From: Acetofilamentum sp.
GTDB lineage: Bacteria > Hydrothermota > 32-111
Direction of reading: 5' to 3'
Assembly (NCBI GenBank): GCA_020721805.1
Contig: DYMB01000006.1
Coordinates: 24,688-88,687 of the forward strand
Length of the DNA stretch: 64,000 nucleotides
Position 1 is the first letter of the stretch; each line of letters begins with the position of its first letter. The position numbers were made by a program, and so were the translations under genes. The notes under the pieces are model-generated. The model was not told the DNA's origin and did no database searches. It worked only from the letters and a program-made list of their open reading frames with translations. Shown piece by piece: positions 36,249-46,192 of this stretch.

Positions 36249-39200
36249 CCAATTCCTTCCAGCAATATTCAATGGGCAATTTATCCAAGGGATGGAGATA
36301 AAATCCATGAACTTTATTTAAAATTGCGGATTGTTTGTAATTATGTGTCAGGAAAACCCAGGGGGCATCATCCACTATCATTTCCTCTATTTTTTGATAG
36401 ATACCGTTTCTCTCTTCATAGTTTGTGGTCATCCTTGCTTTTTCGATCAAAGAATCTATTGTTTTATTTGAATAGAAAGAATTGTTTCCACCATCTCCAA
36501 AACTATAAGTATGAAATAGAGGATAGAGGAAATTATCAGGTTCTCCAGTATCACCTGCCCAGCCCATCATAAAAATATCACATTTGCCAGAATGCATTCT
36601 TTCAAGAAGTTCCAACCATTTGAGAGGAATTATTTTAATTCTTATACCTATTTCCTTCCACATCGCTAAAAGTAATTCAGCCCTTTTTATAACAGTTTCG
36701 CTATCAGAGCAGATCATTTCAAATTGATTTTTTATACCATCAGGATAACCCGATTTTATCATAAGTTCTCTTGCTTTTGCAGGATTGTAAGGATAACCTT
36801 CAAGCAATTTATTATAACAGGGTAAAGATGGTGGAAAGATGCCTTTCGCTATTATTCCAAGTCCATACATAGTTTCATTTATATACCTTGTTTTATCCGT
36901 TGCATAGTTAATCGCCTTTCTGACATCTTTTATAAATGCCAGTTCATTTCTTCTTGACAGGTTGAATCCAACATATTGAACATCGAGTGAAGAAATGGTT
37001 AAAATATTTATATCTATCCTGTTCGATTTTTTTAAAACTTCCAGGTCCTTTACATTGATCGAAGAGTAATCTATATCCCCTGATAAAAGATTTTTAAATT
37101 CCTCCTCTTCTTTTTTTAATTTTATTATGATACTCTCAACAAAAGGTTCACCCTCAAAATAATCTTTGTTGGATTCCATCTCTATCCTATCTTCCCAGAT
37201 ACCTTTTAAAACGAATGCACCACAACCGATACAATTAGATTTCATTTTTTCATCAGAAAATTTCACCATATCCTTTTTTAATATTGATAAAGGGAGAACG
37301 GCAAGGTTTGAAAGAAACGGAATATATGGATATTCAAGAATGAATTTTATAGTATGATCATCGATGATTTTTATCCCTTCAACATCCCTTACTCTTCTTT
37401 TCATATAATCTGTGGAACCTTTGATCATATTAACGAAAGAGGCGTTTGGAGTTAACAGAACATTTTTGATAGTTTCCGAAACATCTTCTGATGTAACAGG
37501 TGTGCCATCATGAAAATATGCGTTCTCTCTCAAAAAGAATATCCATTCGGTTGCATCAGAATTTATCTGCCAGGATTTTGCCAGAGCTGGTATAACACTA
37601 GTATCCTTTCCAAATTTAACAAGACCACAATGTATATGTTGTAATATAGTATTACTCGTGGAATCCCCGACAAGAGCGGGATGCCAGTGAACCGGGAAAT
37701 TGTTCATAATGAATCTGAAAACATTTCTTTCGGTATTCCGTTTTGGAAGATATTTTTGTGAAAAAGTATCCATAATGCCGGAAACCATTTTTTCAGTATC
37801 CTCATTTTTCAACAGATCGTCTTTAAACATCTTGTTCAACTCTTCAGCTTTGATCGTTATCTGTTGGAATTTTTTTATTATATCGGTATAAATTTTTACT
37901 ATCTCATCTTTTAATTTTTCCTGATTTGAAAGTGAGTTATAAATTTCTTTTAAAAGGGTTTTGTAATTTTCAGTGGATTTCTTTGTTTCGACAACAACAG
38001 AGTTACTCATCTCGATGGAAGAGATTATATCGTTTGATGATGATAATTCCCTTTCAGCTACTTTTACAACATTTTTTAAAAGTTCGTCCATATTCTTTAC
38101 AATGTCGTTGATTTCAGAAGATGCCTCAGTTGTCCTTTTTATAAGATCTTTTGTTTGTAAAACTATCACTGAAAGATTGTTTTGAAATTTTGCATCCCTT
38201 GCAGCCTCAATAGCAGCATAAAGGGATAGAAGTTTTGTTTGTTCGGAAAGATCTTTTAATTCGGAACTCGTTTTTATTATTTCCTTAAGATTATCGGAAA
38301 TCTGAGTAAAAACAATTTTCAGGTTATTTATATATTCAAGAGTTTTTTCTATTTCATTTTTCATGTTGGTTATACTTGTTGAAAATTCGTTTACCGAACC
38401 TATCAGAAGGTTTAAATTATCTTCAATTTCACCAACATTTTTCATCATCAACTGTTCACTCTCTTCTATAGATTCGACTGCACCAAAATAATTTTTTATC
38501 ACCTCTTCCTGTTGTAAATTACTTTGAATAAAATCATCTATTACACTCATCATGGAATCAACGATGTTTTTACTGTTTTCTAAAAAATATTTTATCTTTT
38601 TAAATATTTTGATTTCTGTGAAAATAGCATGGTCTAAATCTTTTTTCTCATATATAAAATTCGAAAGGGGTTCAAGTTGGTCCATCAGATGGGAAAGAAA
38701 GATTTTAACATCGGATTGGGTTTTTAATATCGATAAAAGTTTTTCAGTATTCTGCAGGGAATGATCAATAATATACTGAATTTTTTTATTAAGATCACTG
38801 ATCGAGGCTTTATTCTTGTTCTGTATGTTGCTATACTCTTTCATCCTATCCGATTTATTAACGATATCAACAAGATTCATCTCAACATTCTTTAATCTAA
38901 AATTCAAAAGATCAACATTTTTTGTTAAACTGTCTATTTTAAAATTTATTTCATCTATCATCTCAACAACTTTTTCATTTTTCTGTTGAACACCCTTTAT
39001 GTTTTCAGGTATCATCTTTGTAAGTTTAAAAGTCTTGTTTGCCAGAAGAAGCATTCTATCAGCAATAACCTCAAATCCCTTACCATTTTCACCAGCATGG
39101 TATGCTTTGATTCCAGCATTTCTGGCGGCAGATTCTGTCATCTGGGCTATGTCGATAATTATCCCTGTTATCTGATCTATATGTTTTGAATATTCGTTTA

Positions 39201-39585
39201 AAGGCTTTACATTTTGAAGAATTTCATTCGACCCTGTAGCGAACATATTCAATTTTTCAATTATCCTATCAAACTCTTTAACACTCTTTTGAATATTTTC
39301 TGATGATTTTTTTGAATAATCTATTAAAACATCCGCGGCTTCCGAAACTATCTGGATGGAAGCGTAGAGTTGGTTACCTTTATTATCAATCTTTTGAATC
39401 TGACCGACAACATCTTTTTCATCTCTTGAAATTTCAGAAAGAACTCCTGTTGCATTATTATTTATTTCAAGAAGTTCCTCTTCTTCAATTTTGACTGTCT
39501 TTAAAGCATATATGAATGCCGTAGGATCAAATTCTTCTTCTTTCTTCGAATGGTTTTTCTTTAAAAAACTCAAAATTGATACCAT
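36232..39585 (-). CDS. Soluble chemoreceptor: two MCP signalling domains fused to a C-terminal family-5 (DppA/OppA-like) solute-binding domain
   Basis: Hairpin tips AQMTESAARNAGIKAYHAGENGKGFEVIADRM and SEQTKLLSLYAAIEAARD; SBP5 motifs PALAKSWQI..DATEWIFFLRENAYFHDGTPVTSEDV, VRKAINYATD, YPYNPAKARELM; no TM or signal peptide. Confidence 0.85.
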   Translation of the reverse strand: MVSILSFLKKNHSKKEEEFDPTAFIYALKTVKIEEEELLEINNNATGVLSEISRDEKDVVGQIQKIDNKGNQLYASIQIVSEAADVLIDYSKKSSENIQKSVKEFDRIIEKLNMFATGSNEILQNVKPLNEYSKHIDQITGIIIDIAQMTESAARNAGIKAYHAGENGKGFEVIADRMLLLANKTFKLTKMIPENIKGVQQKNEKVVEMIDEINFKIDSLTKNVDLLNFRLKNVEMNLVDIVNKSDRMKEYSNIQNKNKASISDLNKKIQYIIDHSLQNTEKLLSILKTQSDVKIFLSHLMDQLEPLSNFIYEKKDLDHAIFTEIKIFKKIKYFLENSKNIVDSMMSVIDDFIQSNLQQEEVIKNYFGAVESIEESEQLMMKNVGEIEDNLNLLIGSVNEFSTSITNMKNEIEKTLEYINNLKIVFTQISDNLKEIIKTSSELKDLSEQTKLLSLYAAIEAARDAKFQNNLSVIVLQTKDLIKRTTEASSEINDIVKNMDELLKNVVKVAERELSSSNDIISSIEMSNSVVVETKKSTENYKTLLKEIYNSLSNQEKLKDEIVKIYTDIIKKFQQITIKAEELNKMFKDDLLKNEDTEKMVSGIMDTFSQKYLPKRNTERNVFRFIMNNFPVHWHPALVGDSTSNTILQHIHCGLVKFGKDTSVIPALAKSWQINSDATEWIFFLRENAYFHDGTPVTSEDVSETIKNVLLTPNASFVNMIKGSTDYMKRRVRDVEGIKIIDDHTIKFILEYPYIPFLSNLAVLPLSILKKDMVKFSDEKMKSNCIGCGAFVLKGIWEDRIEMESNKDYFEGEPFVESIIIKLKKEEEEFKNLLSGDIDYSSINVKDLEVLKKSNRIDINILTISSLDVQYVGFNLSRRNELAFIKDVRKAINYATDKTRYINETMYGLGIIAKGIFPPSLPCYNKLLEGYPYNPAKARELMIKSGYPDGIKNQFEMICSDSETVIKRAELLLAMWKEIGIRIKIIPLKWLELLERMHSGKCDIFMMGWAGDTGEPDNFLYPLFHTYSFGDGGNNSFYSNKTIDSLIEKARMTTNYEERNGIYQKIEEMIVDDAPWVFLTHNYKQSAILNKVHGFYLHPLDKLPIEYCWKELDEKRK

Positions 39586-39661
39586 TTTTATCCCTTTAAA
39601 TAAAAAAAATATAACATATTATTAAAAATAAATCAATACAAAATAAAGATTGGGAATATCA

Positions 39662-40252
39662 TTATTCTATTTTTTGTCTTCTCTCTATAGAACATTGAAG
39701 GGTAAAATCATCTATATACTCAAAATCGGTTCCAAAAGGAATTCCACGTGCAACGGTAGAGATTTTTTGGACCTTATCTTTAAAAAGTTTTAAAATATAC
39801 ATAGAAGTCGTTTCACCTTCAGTTGAAGGTGGTAGAGCAAGAATTATTTCACCTATATGATTTTTTTCAACCCTTTCCAAAAGTTTATTAAAATTTAACT
39901 TTTCAGGGGTAATTCCATCAAGTGGAGAGATAACCCCTCCAAGAACATGATACAAACCTTTATATTTTTTTGTTTTCTCGAAAATGAAAACATCCCTTGC
40001 TTTTTCAACTATCATCAAAACATTTTTATCCCTCGTCTCATCATTACAAATTTTACATGGATCATTTTCATCTATAAAACCACAGATGGAGCACACTTTT
40101 GTATTTTCTACCAGATCGACTATAGAATCCGATAGTTCTCTGGAAAAAACTTTACCCTTCATTATCAAAAAAAATATTAACCTTTCAGAGGATTTATCAC
40201 CTATTCCCGGTAATTCTTTTAAATTTTTCTTTAACCTTTCAAAAAGCTCCAT
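39662..40252 (-). CDS. recR: Recombination protein RecR
   Basis: LPGIGDKSSER, C4 zinc finger CSIC...CKIC, YHVLGGVISPLDG, EGETT. Confidence 0.97.
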   Translation of the reverse strand: MELFERLKKNLKELPGIGDKSSERLIFFLIMKGKVFSRELSDSIVDLVENTKVCSICGFIDENDPCKICNDETRDKNVLMIVEKARDVFIFEKTKKYKGLYHVLGGVISPLDGITPEKLNFNKLLERVEKNHIGEIILALPPSTEGETTSMYILKLFKDKVQKISTVARGIPFGTDFEYIDDFTLQCSIERRQKIE

Positions 40253-40564
40253 TTAAAACCCCATCATATTTCGCATCTGTAAACCACCTGTAATTTTTTG
40301 CATCTCATCTTTATTGAGAGTATCAACCTTATTTTTTGCCTCGTTGAACGCTGATTTCAATAGATCTGAGATCAAAGAAGGCTCCTCTTTTAAAATATCC
40401 TCAGATATTTTTATTTCATCAACTTCATACTTTCCATTCATTTTTATGAAAACCATCCCACCTCCAACACTTACTTCAACGAATATTTTTTTGAGCCTAT
40501 CATCCATATCTTCCATCATCTTTTGCATCTGCTGTGCCTGTTTTAAAAGTTTTTTCATATCCAT
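40253..40564 (-). CDS. ybaB: YbaB/EbfC nucleoid-associated protein
   Basis: KQAQQMQ, GGGMV; located between dnaX and recR. Confidence 0.93.
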   Translation of the reverse strand: MDMKKLLKQAQQMQKMMEDMDDRLKKIFVEVSVGGGMVFIKMNGKYEVDEIKISEDILKEEPSLISDLLKSAFNEAKNKVDTLNKDEMQKITGGLQMRNMMGF

Positions 40565-40575
40565 TAAAATCCTCC

Positions 40576-42090
40576 TTAATTTACTATCTCTCCATCGAAT
40601 CTTTCCATAATGGATTTAAATTTTTTATTCTGTTTTATGGAATCTCTATTTAAAGAAACGGTTTGGTTCTTTTCTCTCTGATAGTTTATTTTAATGTTCA
40701 ACTTTTCATTAAAATGTTTCAGCATAGATTTTAAACTGCTATCGTTTAAGATATTTTCATCCTTTGATAAAACAGCAATTTCAACAAAATCATCTTTTAT
40801 TTGAATCACCCTCGCGTTTTCGATTGTTTCTCCCAATACAGGATCCTGAATTTTACAAAAATCGATAAACTTTTCATAAATCACGGATAAATCCTCATCA
40901 GGGATCATATCGGTTTCTTTTGTCTCAACTTTTAATTCTGGAGTTTCACTTTTAATATTTTTTTTTGAATTCAACAACTTTAAGATTTCATCGATATCCC
41001 TTCCATCTATCATAAATGGAATCCTCATCAACTGATTTTCAACAACAATTTTTCTATTTGAGGCAAATTTTAGTTTGTTGGAAAGTTCTATCAATTCTCT
41101 TACTATTTGGTTTAAAACTGTGTTTGAAAAATTTTTGGATTGATTTTTAGCCTTATCAATTATATCGATATGTAAGGATTCTATCTCATCGGTCTTGATA
41201 TCATTTTTTAAAAGAACGAGAATATGGAAATATAAAGCGAGTTCGAATACAAAAGTCTCTATATCAAAGCCCTTCATAAGTAAATCTTCAAAACTTTCCA
41301 TAATACCCTTTATATCCTTCTCTATAATCTTCTGAACAAATTTAACAAAAAAATAGGTATCTATTCTTCCAAAAGTTTGATTGATTTCATCGTATGTTAT
41401 TTTTTTATGCATAAGAGCTATCTGATCAAGCATTGAGAGAGCATCTCTCATCCCACCGTCTGCCATCTGGGCTATCAACTTAAGACCTTCAATCTCATAT
41501 TCTATTTTCTGATCTTTACATATGATTTCAAGTTGTTTGACTATTTCGGTTATTGATAATCTTTTAAAATCAAACCTCTGACATCTTGAAAGAATGGTGG
41601 GAAGAACATTGAAAGGTTCGGTAGTACAAAAAATAAATTTTACATGTTCGGGTGGTTCCTCGAGTATTTTCAAAAGTGCGTTGAATGCTTCCTTGGTAAG
41701 CATATGGACTTCATCTATTATGAATACTTTATTTTTTCCAGAAATCGCCACATAACCTGCTCTATCCCTTAAGTCCCTGATCTCATCGATACCTCTGTTG
41801 GATGCACCATCTATCTCTACAACATCCACATCCCTTCCATCCATGATATCTCTACAGGATCTACAGGTAAGACAGGGTTCTCCGTCTTCAACATTTTCAC
41901 AATTAAGTGCCATCGCAAGAATCCTTGCTGTTGAAGTTTTACCAACACCCCTTGGGCCCGAAAAAAGTAACGCGTGGGGAATCCTGTTTCTTTTTACAGC
42001 ATTTTTCAATACCTTAATAATGTGATCCTGACCGATAACATCATCAAATCTCTGTGGTCTGTATTTTCTTGCAAAGACTATATAAGACAT
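40576..42090 (-). CDS. dnaX: DNA polymerase III subunit gamma/tau
   Basis: ARKYRPQ, GPRGVGKT, IDEVHML, SRC. Confidence 0.97.
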   Translation of the reverse strand: MSYIVFARKYRPQRFDDVIGQDHIIKVLKNAVKRNRIPHALLFSGPRGVGKTSTARILAMALNCENVEDGEPCLTCRSCRDIMDGRDVDVVEIDGASNRGIDEIRDLRDRAGYVAISGKNKVFIIDEVHMLTKEAFNALLKILEEPPEHVKFIFCTTEPFNVLPTILSRCQRFDFKRLSITEIVKQLEIICKDQKIEYEIEGLKLIAQMADGGMRDALSMLDQIALMHKKITYDEINQTFGRIDTYFFVKFVQKIIEKDIKGIMESFEDLLMKGFDIETFVFELALYFHILVLLKNDIKTDEIESLHIDIIDKAKNQSKNFSNTVLNQIVRELIELSNKLKFASNRKIVVENQLMRIPFMIDGRDIDEILKLLNSKKNIKSETPELKVETKETDMIPDEDLSVIYEKFIDFCKIQDPVLGETIENARVIQIKDDFVEIAVLSKDENILNDSSLKSMLKHFNEKLNIKINYQREKNQTVSLNRDSIKQNKKFKSIMERFDGEIVN

Positions 42091-42108
42091 ACTTTCCTCT
42101 TTTTAAAA

Positions 42109-42180
42109 GGCGGCGGAGACATTGGCCTCTTACTGCTGCTTCTTTTCAGACCTGACAGGGTTCGAGACATATCTCCCCGC
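42109..42180 (-). ncRNA. ffs: Small signal recognition particle RNA (4.5S)
   Basis: Minus strand GAACCCUGUCAGGUCU-GAAA-AGAAGCAGCAG domain IV motif inside terminal stem GCGGGGAGAUA/UGUCUCCGCCGC; directly upstream of dnaX as in the B. subtilis scr-dnaX-yaaK-recR locus. Confidence 0.92.
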
Positions 42181-42218
42181 AATTTTTATAATAACATCAA
42201 AAAATCTAATTTCAAGAA

Positions 42219-43214
42219 TTATTTTTTATCATTTTTTCTTTGAGCTTTTAAATGATCCCTGTAATTTTTTGTAAAGGTATGGGTTCCATCTCCATTGGAT
42301 ACATAAAAAAGATAATCATGCTTTACAGGATTCAAAGCCGCATCTATTGATACGGGACCGGGAGAACATATCGGTGTTGGAGGCAAACCTGGATTTTTAT
42401 AAGTATTATAAGGTGAATTGATCTCAAGATCTTTATAAGTAAGTTTTCCCGATTCCCTTCCGAGTGCATAAAAAACCGTGGCACAGCATTGTAGATTGAT
42501 ACCTTTTTTCAATCTGTTATAATAAACACCAGATATCAAATATTTTTCACTATCAAGTTTTGCTTCCTTCTCTATCAACGAGGCGAGTATTATATATTCA
42601 TATTTTGTAAATTTTAACTCATTTGATTTAAAAATTGATTCGGGATAACTCTGGTCAAACTGTGATAACATTTTTATAATCATTTCCTCTGGTTTCATAT
42701 CATCGGTAAAAAAATATGTTTCAGGCATCAGAAAGCCTTCGCAGTTTTCTTTTGGAATATTGTATCTTTCCAAAATTTTCTTGTCGGAAACAATTTTGAA
42801 AAATTCAAGTGAGTCTATATTAAAATTTTCTTTCAATCTTCTATATATCTGTTTTAAGGTAAAACCTTCGGGTATGATTATTTTTTTTTGAAGCACCTTA
42901 CCCTTGTATATTTTATAAAATGCATCAAATTCGTTAAGATTTTCCGTTAAGAGATATATACCTGATTTAAGTTTTTTATCTGCATTATAGATCTTTACAA
43001 AAAATTTAAAAAGTTTTGGATTCTTGATTATACCACTGTCAAGAAGCATTTTTTGTATATCGTTAAGTTTCATACCCTTTTTGATATTAATTTTCTTATA
43101 TTCGTTCGGTTCCACTTTCTTTGAAGGAAGAATATAAGTGTAATTTATCTTCATAAAAAGAAAACCTGAAATTAAAAAAATCAAAAATAAAAAATATTTT
43201 TTAAAATTTTTCAT
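42219..43214 (-). CDS. mltG: Endolytic transglycosylase MltG
   Basis: IPEGFT, EGFLMPETY, LASLIEKEA, SPYNTY..PGLPPTPI, LFYVS. Confidence 0.95.
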   Translation of the reverse strand: MKNFKKYFLFLIFLISGFLFMKINYTYILPSKKVEPNEYKKINIKKGMKLNDIQKMLLDSGIIKNPKLFKFFVKIYNADKKLKSGIYLLTENLNEFDAFYKIYKGKVLQKKIIIPEGFTLKQIYRRLKENFNIDSLEFFKIVSDKKILERYNIPKENCEGFLMPETYFFTDDMKPEEMIIKMLSQFDQSYPESIFKSNELKFTKYEYIILASLIEKEAKLDSEKYLISGVYYNRLKKGINLQCCATVFYALGRESGKLTYKDLEINSPYNTYKNPGLPPTPICSPGPVSIDAALNPVKHDYLFYVSNGDGTHTFTKNYRDHLKAQRKNDKK

Positions 43215-43599
43215 TTTCCATATACTCTTTCAATATTATCATCGCTGAAACAGAATCGATGATATCCTTTTTTTTCTTCTTTAAACCTTCTTCCCTTATA
43301 AACCTTTCAGATTCTTTCGTGGTCAATCTCTCATTAAAAAAAGTTTTTTCAACATTCTGTAATCTTTTCATAGAATCTATTTTACCTCTAATCCATAAAG
43401 ACATACTATTATCATTTCCATTCTTATCAAGCGGAAGACCGATTATTATTTTTTGAATGTTGTAATCTTTTAAATATCCGAGTATAGTTTCCTCAAGATT
43501 TTCGGTTTTTATAGACTTCTGAGGGATAATTATTCCATCCAGATATAAACAGATACCTGATAATTTTTTACCCACATCAACCGATAGAAGATTCTGCAT
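43201..43599 (-). CDS. ruvX: Holliday junction resolvase-like / pre-16S rRNA nuclease YqgF
   Basis: LSVDVG, IIGLP, NERLTT, IDSVSAMIIL; adjacent to mltG. Confidence 0.9.
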   Translation of the reverse strand: MQNLLSVDVGKKLSGICLYLDGIIIPQKSIKTENLEETILGYLKDYNIQKIIIGLPLDKNGNDNSMSLWIRGKIDSMKRLQNVEKTFFNERLTTKESERFIREEGLKKKKKDIIDSVSAMIILKEYMENEKF

Positions 43600-44623
43600 A
43601 TTTCTGAACTATTCTGTTTATTTTTTTTAAAATTGAAAACCTTGAAAACTCTTTTGCTTTTTCTTTACCTTTTGTAGAATATTCATAGAGTTTTTCCCTG
43701 TTTTTGTTAAGATCTTTTAATTTCCGTATCGCTTCACCTGCATCGGGTTCAATATAGATAACTGTATCAAATAAATTTTTTTCTATATCAAAACTTTTTG
43801 TTGTTAAAACCACACAATTCGAAGCCATAGCTTCGATCATCGTCCTTCCCTGTTGTTCCTTCCATTTTTTTGAATCAATGGAGAGATTCAAAAAAATATC
43901 AACATCCCTGTAAAAATATGGCATCTCATCAGGTTTTATAAAACCACGGAATTCATATTCTATTTTTTTATCGTTTAAAAAATTTATCAGTTTTTTCTCC
44001 ATTTTACCATTACCTGCAATCTTTATTTTAAAATCTTCATTCAAATCTTTTAAAATATCCATAAAAAGTAAGACACCTTTTTGACTTTCAAGTCTTCCCG
44101 CAAAACCGAGAGTCAGTTTATCCTTTGAAAAATTTTTATCAGGATTGGAAAAGAACATATCGGGAATATGTAATGGAACTATTTCAATATTCTGTTGAAA
44201 TATTTTCTCAAGAACCATCTTTGATCCTTCACCAACAGCAACAAAAGAATCTATCCTTTTTTTAACAAAATCGAACATCAATTTTCTATATGGATCCATT
44301 TTTAAAATATTCTGAGCGCTTCTTAAAATCGCCTTTTTAAATATTATCGATTTAAGTATAAAATATGTTTGCGGTAGATATGGTTCCTCATCTATCCATA
44401 ATATATCATATTGATTTTTATCTCTGATAAAAGGAATGTATCCATTTTTCGTTTTCGGAATTTTTATCTTTTTGAAACCGCTTTCATCAAAATATTTTTC
44501 AAAAAATTCTCCACTCCATTTGGACGGATAAACTATCTTTACCTCATGTTCTTCCATAAGCATCTCAAAAATCTCCCTGTTGTATTTATTCACATACATA
44601 TGTCCAACCACGATTATTTTCAT
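43577..44623 (-). CDS. Glycosyltransferase family 4 (GT-B)
   Basis: GFAGRLESQKG, WKEQQGRTMIEAMAS (E-x7-E). Confidence 0.85.
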   Translation of the reverse strand: MKIIVVGHMYVNKYNREIFEMLMEEHEVKIVYPSKWSGEFFEKYFDESGFKKIKIPKTKNGYIPFIRDKNQYDILWIDEEPYLPQTYFILKSIIFKKAILRSAQNILKMDPYRKLMFDFVKKRIDSFVAVGEGSKMVLEKIFQQNIEIVPLHIPDMFFSNPDKNFSKDKLTLGFAGRLESQKGVLLFMDILKDLNEDFKIKIAGNGKMEKKLINFLNDKKIEYEFRGFIKPDEMPYFYRDVDIFLNLSIDSKKWKEQQGRTMIEAMASNCVVLTTKSFDIEKNLFDTVIYIEPDAGEAIRKLKDLNKNREKLYEYSTKGKEKAKEFSRFSILKKINRIVQKYAESSIG

Positions 44624-44625
44624 AA

Positions 44626-45348
44626 TTACCTCAAAAACCTGACATCCCCAGCAAGAAAATTTTTTACTCCATCCTCATTTTTTATAAGAATCGAACCATC
44701 GTCCAAAAATCCTTCAACCATACCTGTAAAATTTTTATCCAGTGTTGATATTTCCACTTTTTTTCCGATCATACCACTTTCGTTTAAAAATTTTATGATT
44801 TTACGCAAATCCTTCACACTGAATATTTCATTTAAAATTTCTAAAAGAACATCTTCCAGTTTCAATTTTTTCCCAGTCAAAATAAAAATCGAGGTTCCAA
44901 TATTTTTGATCGTATCTGAAAATTGGTTGTTGTTAACATTTATACCAATACCGGCAAGAATAATTTTTTCATAATTTTCAAGAAGTATACCAGAGATTTT
45001 TTTCCCCTCAACGAGTAAATCGTTGGGCCACCTGAAATCCACATTAAAAGAAAAATTCTTTTTTAAATATCCGTAAATTCCCATCGATGCTGATACCGAA
45101 AAGAGATGGGAAGGATAATTCAACTTTAAAGGATCCACTGTAAATGTGAAATAAAGACCACCTTCCATCGATTCCCATCTTCTGTTAAATCTACCATAAC
45201 CTTTAGTTTGTCTTTTAGCAAAGATCAAAAAATTTTTTTTCCCAGTTTTCAAAAGTTCCATTCCTTTTAAATTGGTGGAATCTATGATATCATAATAAAC
45301 ATAATCCTCAAAATCAAAGATATCTTTAAATTTTAAAAAATCAAACAT
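44626..45348 (-). CDS. birA: Biotin-protein ligase, monofunctional (no HTH)
   Basis: DSTN, QTKGYGRFNRRWES, RWPNDL, KISGILLE, GIGINV. Confidence 0.9.
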   Translation of the reverse strand: MFDFLKFKDIFDFEDYVYYDIIDSTNLKGMELLKTGKKNFLIFAKRQTKGYGRFNRRWESMEGGLYFTFTVDPLKLNYPSHLFSVSASMGIYGYLKKNFSFNVDFRWPNDLLVEGKKISGILLENYEKIILAGIGINVNNNQFSDTIKNIGTSIFILTGKKLKLEDVLLEILNEIFSVKDLRKIIKFLNESGMIGKKVEISTLDKNFTGMVEGFLDDGSILIKNEDGVKNFLAGDVRFLR

Positions 45349-46192
45349 TCTTCACCTTTAAACTTATATCAAGCGCTCTGGCGGAATGAGTTATTTTTCC
45401 AACAGAAATATAATCCGGATAAAGTTTAGCATAATTTTCAATATTTTTTTCATCTATATTTCCGGAGATCTCAACTTCACATCTGTTATTTATTATTTTT
45501 ATAGATTCTTCAACTTTCGATGGATCCATATTATCAAGTAATATTCTATCAACAGGATATTTTAATATTTTTTCTATGTCACTTTTATCCTTTATTTCAA
45601 CGATTATAATTTTATCAGGATATTTTGTCTTCATTCTCTGTATAACGGTAAAATCATCCTGAAGAAAGATTTGATGGTTGTCCTTTATCATTATCTGATC
45701 GTAAAGATCTGTCCTATGGTTTATCCCTCCACCACAGAGAACAGCATATTTGTCAAGAGATCTGAAACCGGGAATCGTTTTTCTTGTGTCAAGAATCTTA
45801 ACATTGAACTTTTCAACAAGTTTTACAAATCTGTTGGTATAGGTTGCAACACCTGAAAGATGTTGTATAAAATTTAAAATTATTCTTTCAGCGGAAAGGA
45901 TCCCCCTCAATTTTCCTGTAATCTGTGCAAGAATATCACCCTTTTTTATTATATCTCCATCCTCTTTAAAATACTCAACAACATATACACCAAAATTCTG
46001 AAGTATAACTTCAGTTATCTGTATTCCCGATAGTATGCCAGTCTCCTTTGAAATTATATTACAGACACCTTCGGTTTCTTCCGGTATACACATCTGAGTT
46101 GTTAAATCGACGAAAGCCTTATCTTCCTTTATCGCTTCCATAACAAGCATTTCAATATTTGACCTGTTAACAGATTTAAATATGTTCAACAT
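45341..46192 (-). CDS. nadC: Nicotinate-nucleotide diphosphorylase (quinolinate phosphoribosyltransferase)
   Basis: LSAERIILN, LDTRKTIPG, IKDNH, LLDNM, SVGKITHS; start moved to ATG 46192. Confidence 0.94.
   Translation of the reverse strand: MLNIFKSVNRSNIEMLVMEAIKEDKAFVDLTTQMCIPEETEGVCNIISKETGILSGIQITEVILQNFGVYVVEYFKEDGDIIKKGDILAQITGKLRGILSAERIILNFIQHLSGVATYTNRFVKLVEKFNVKILDTRKTIPGFRSLDKYAVLCGGGINHRTDLYDQIMIKDNHQIFLQDDFTVIQRMKTKYPDKIIIVEIKDKSDIEKILKYPVDRILLDNMDPSKVEESIKIINNRCEVEISGNIDEKNIENYAKLYPDYISVGKITHSARALDISLKVKNV

Noticed and set aside
36232-37740. An ABC peptide transporter
   Set aside because: The SBP5 domain has no signal peptide or lipobox, is in frame with the MCP domains, and no permease or ATPase genes are nearby.
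40576-41100. Programmed -1 frameshift in dnaX
   Set aside because: A-runs are present but are ubiquitous in this AT-rich sequence; no convincing slippery site with a stimulatory hairpin was identified by eye.
42109-42180. Possible tRNA (tRNA-sized GC-rich element)
   Set aside because: No cloverleaf or CCA end; it carries the SRP domain IV motif in a single long hairpin.
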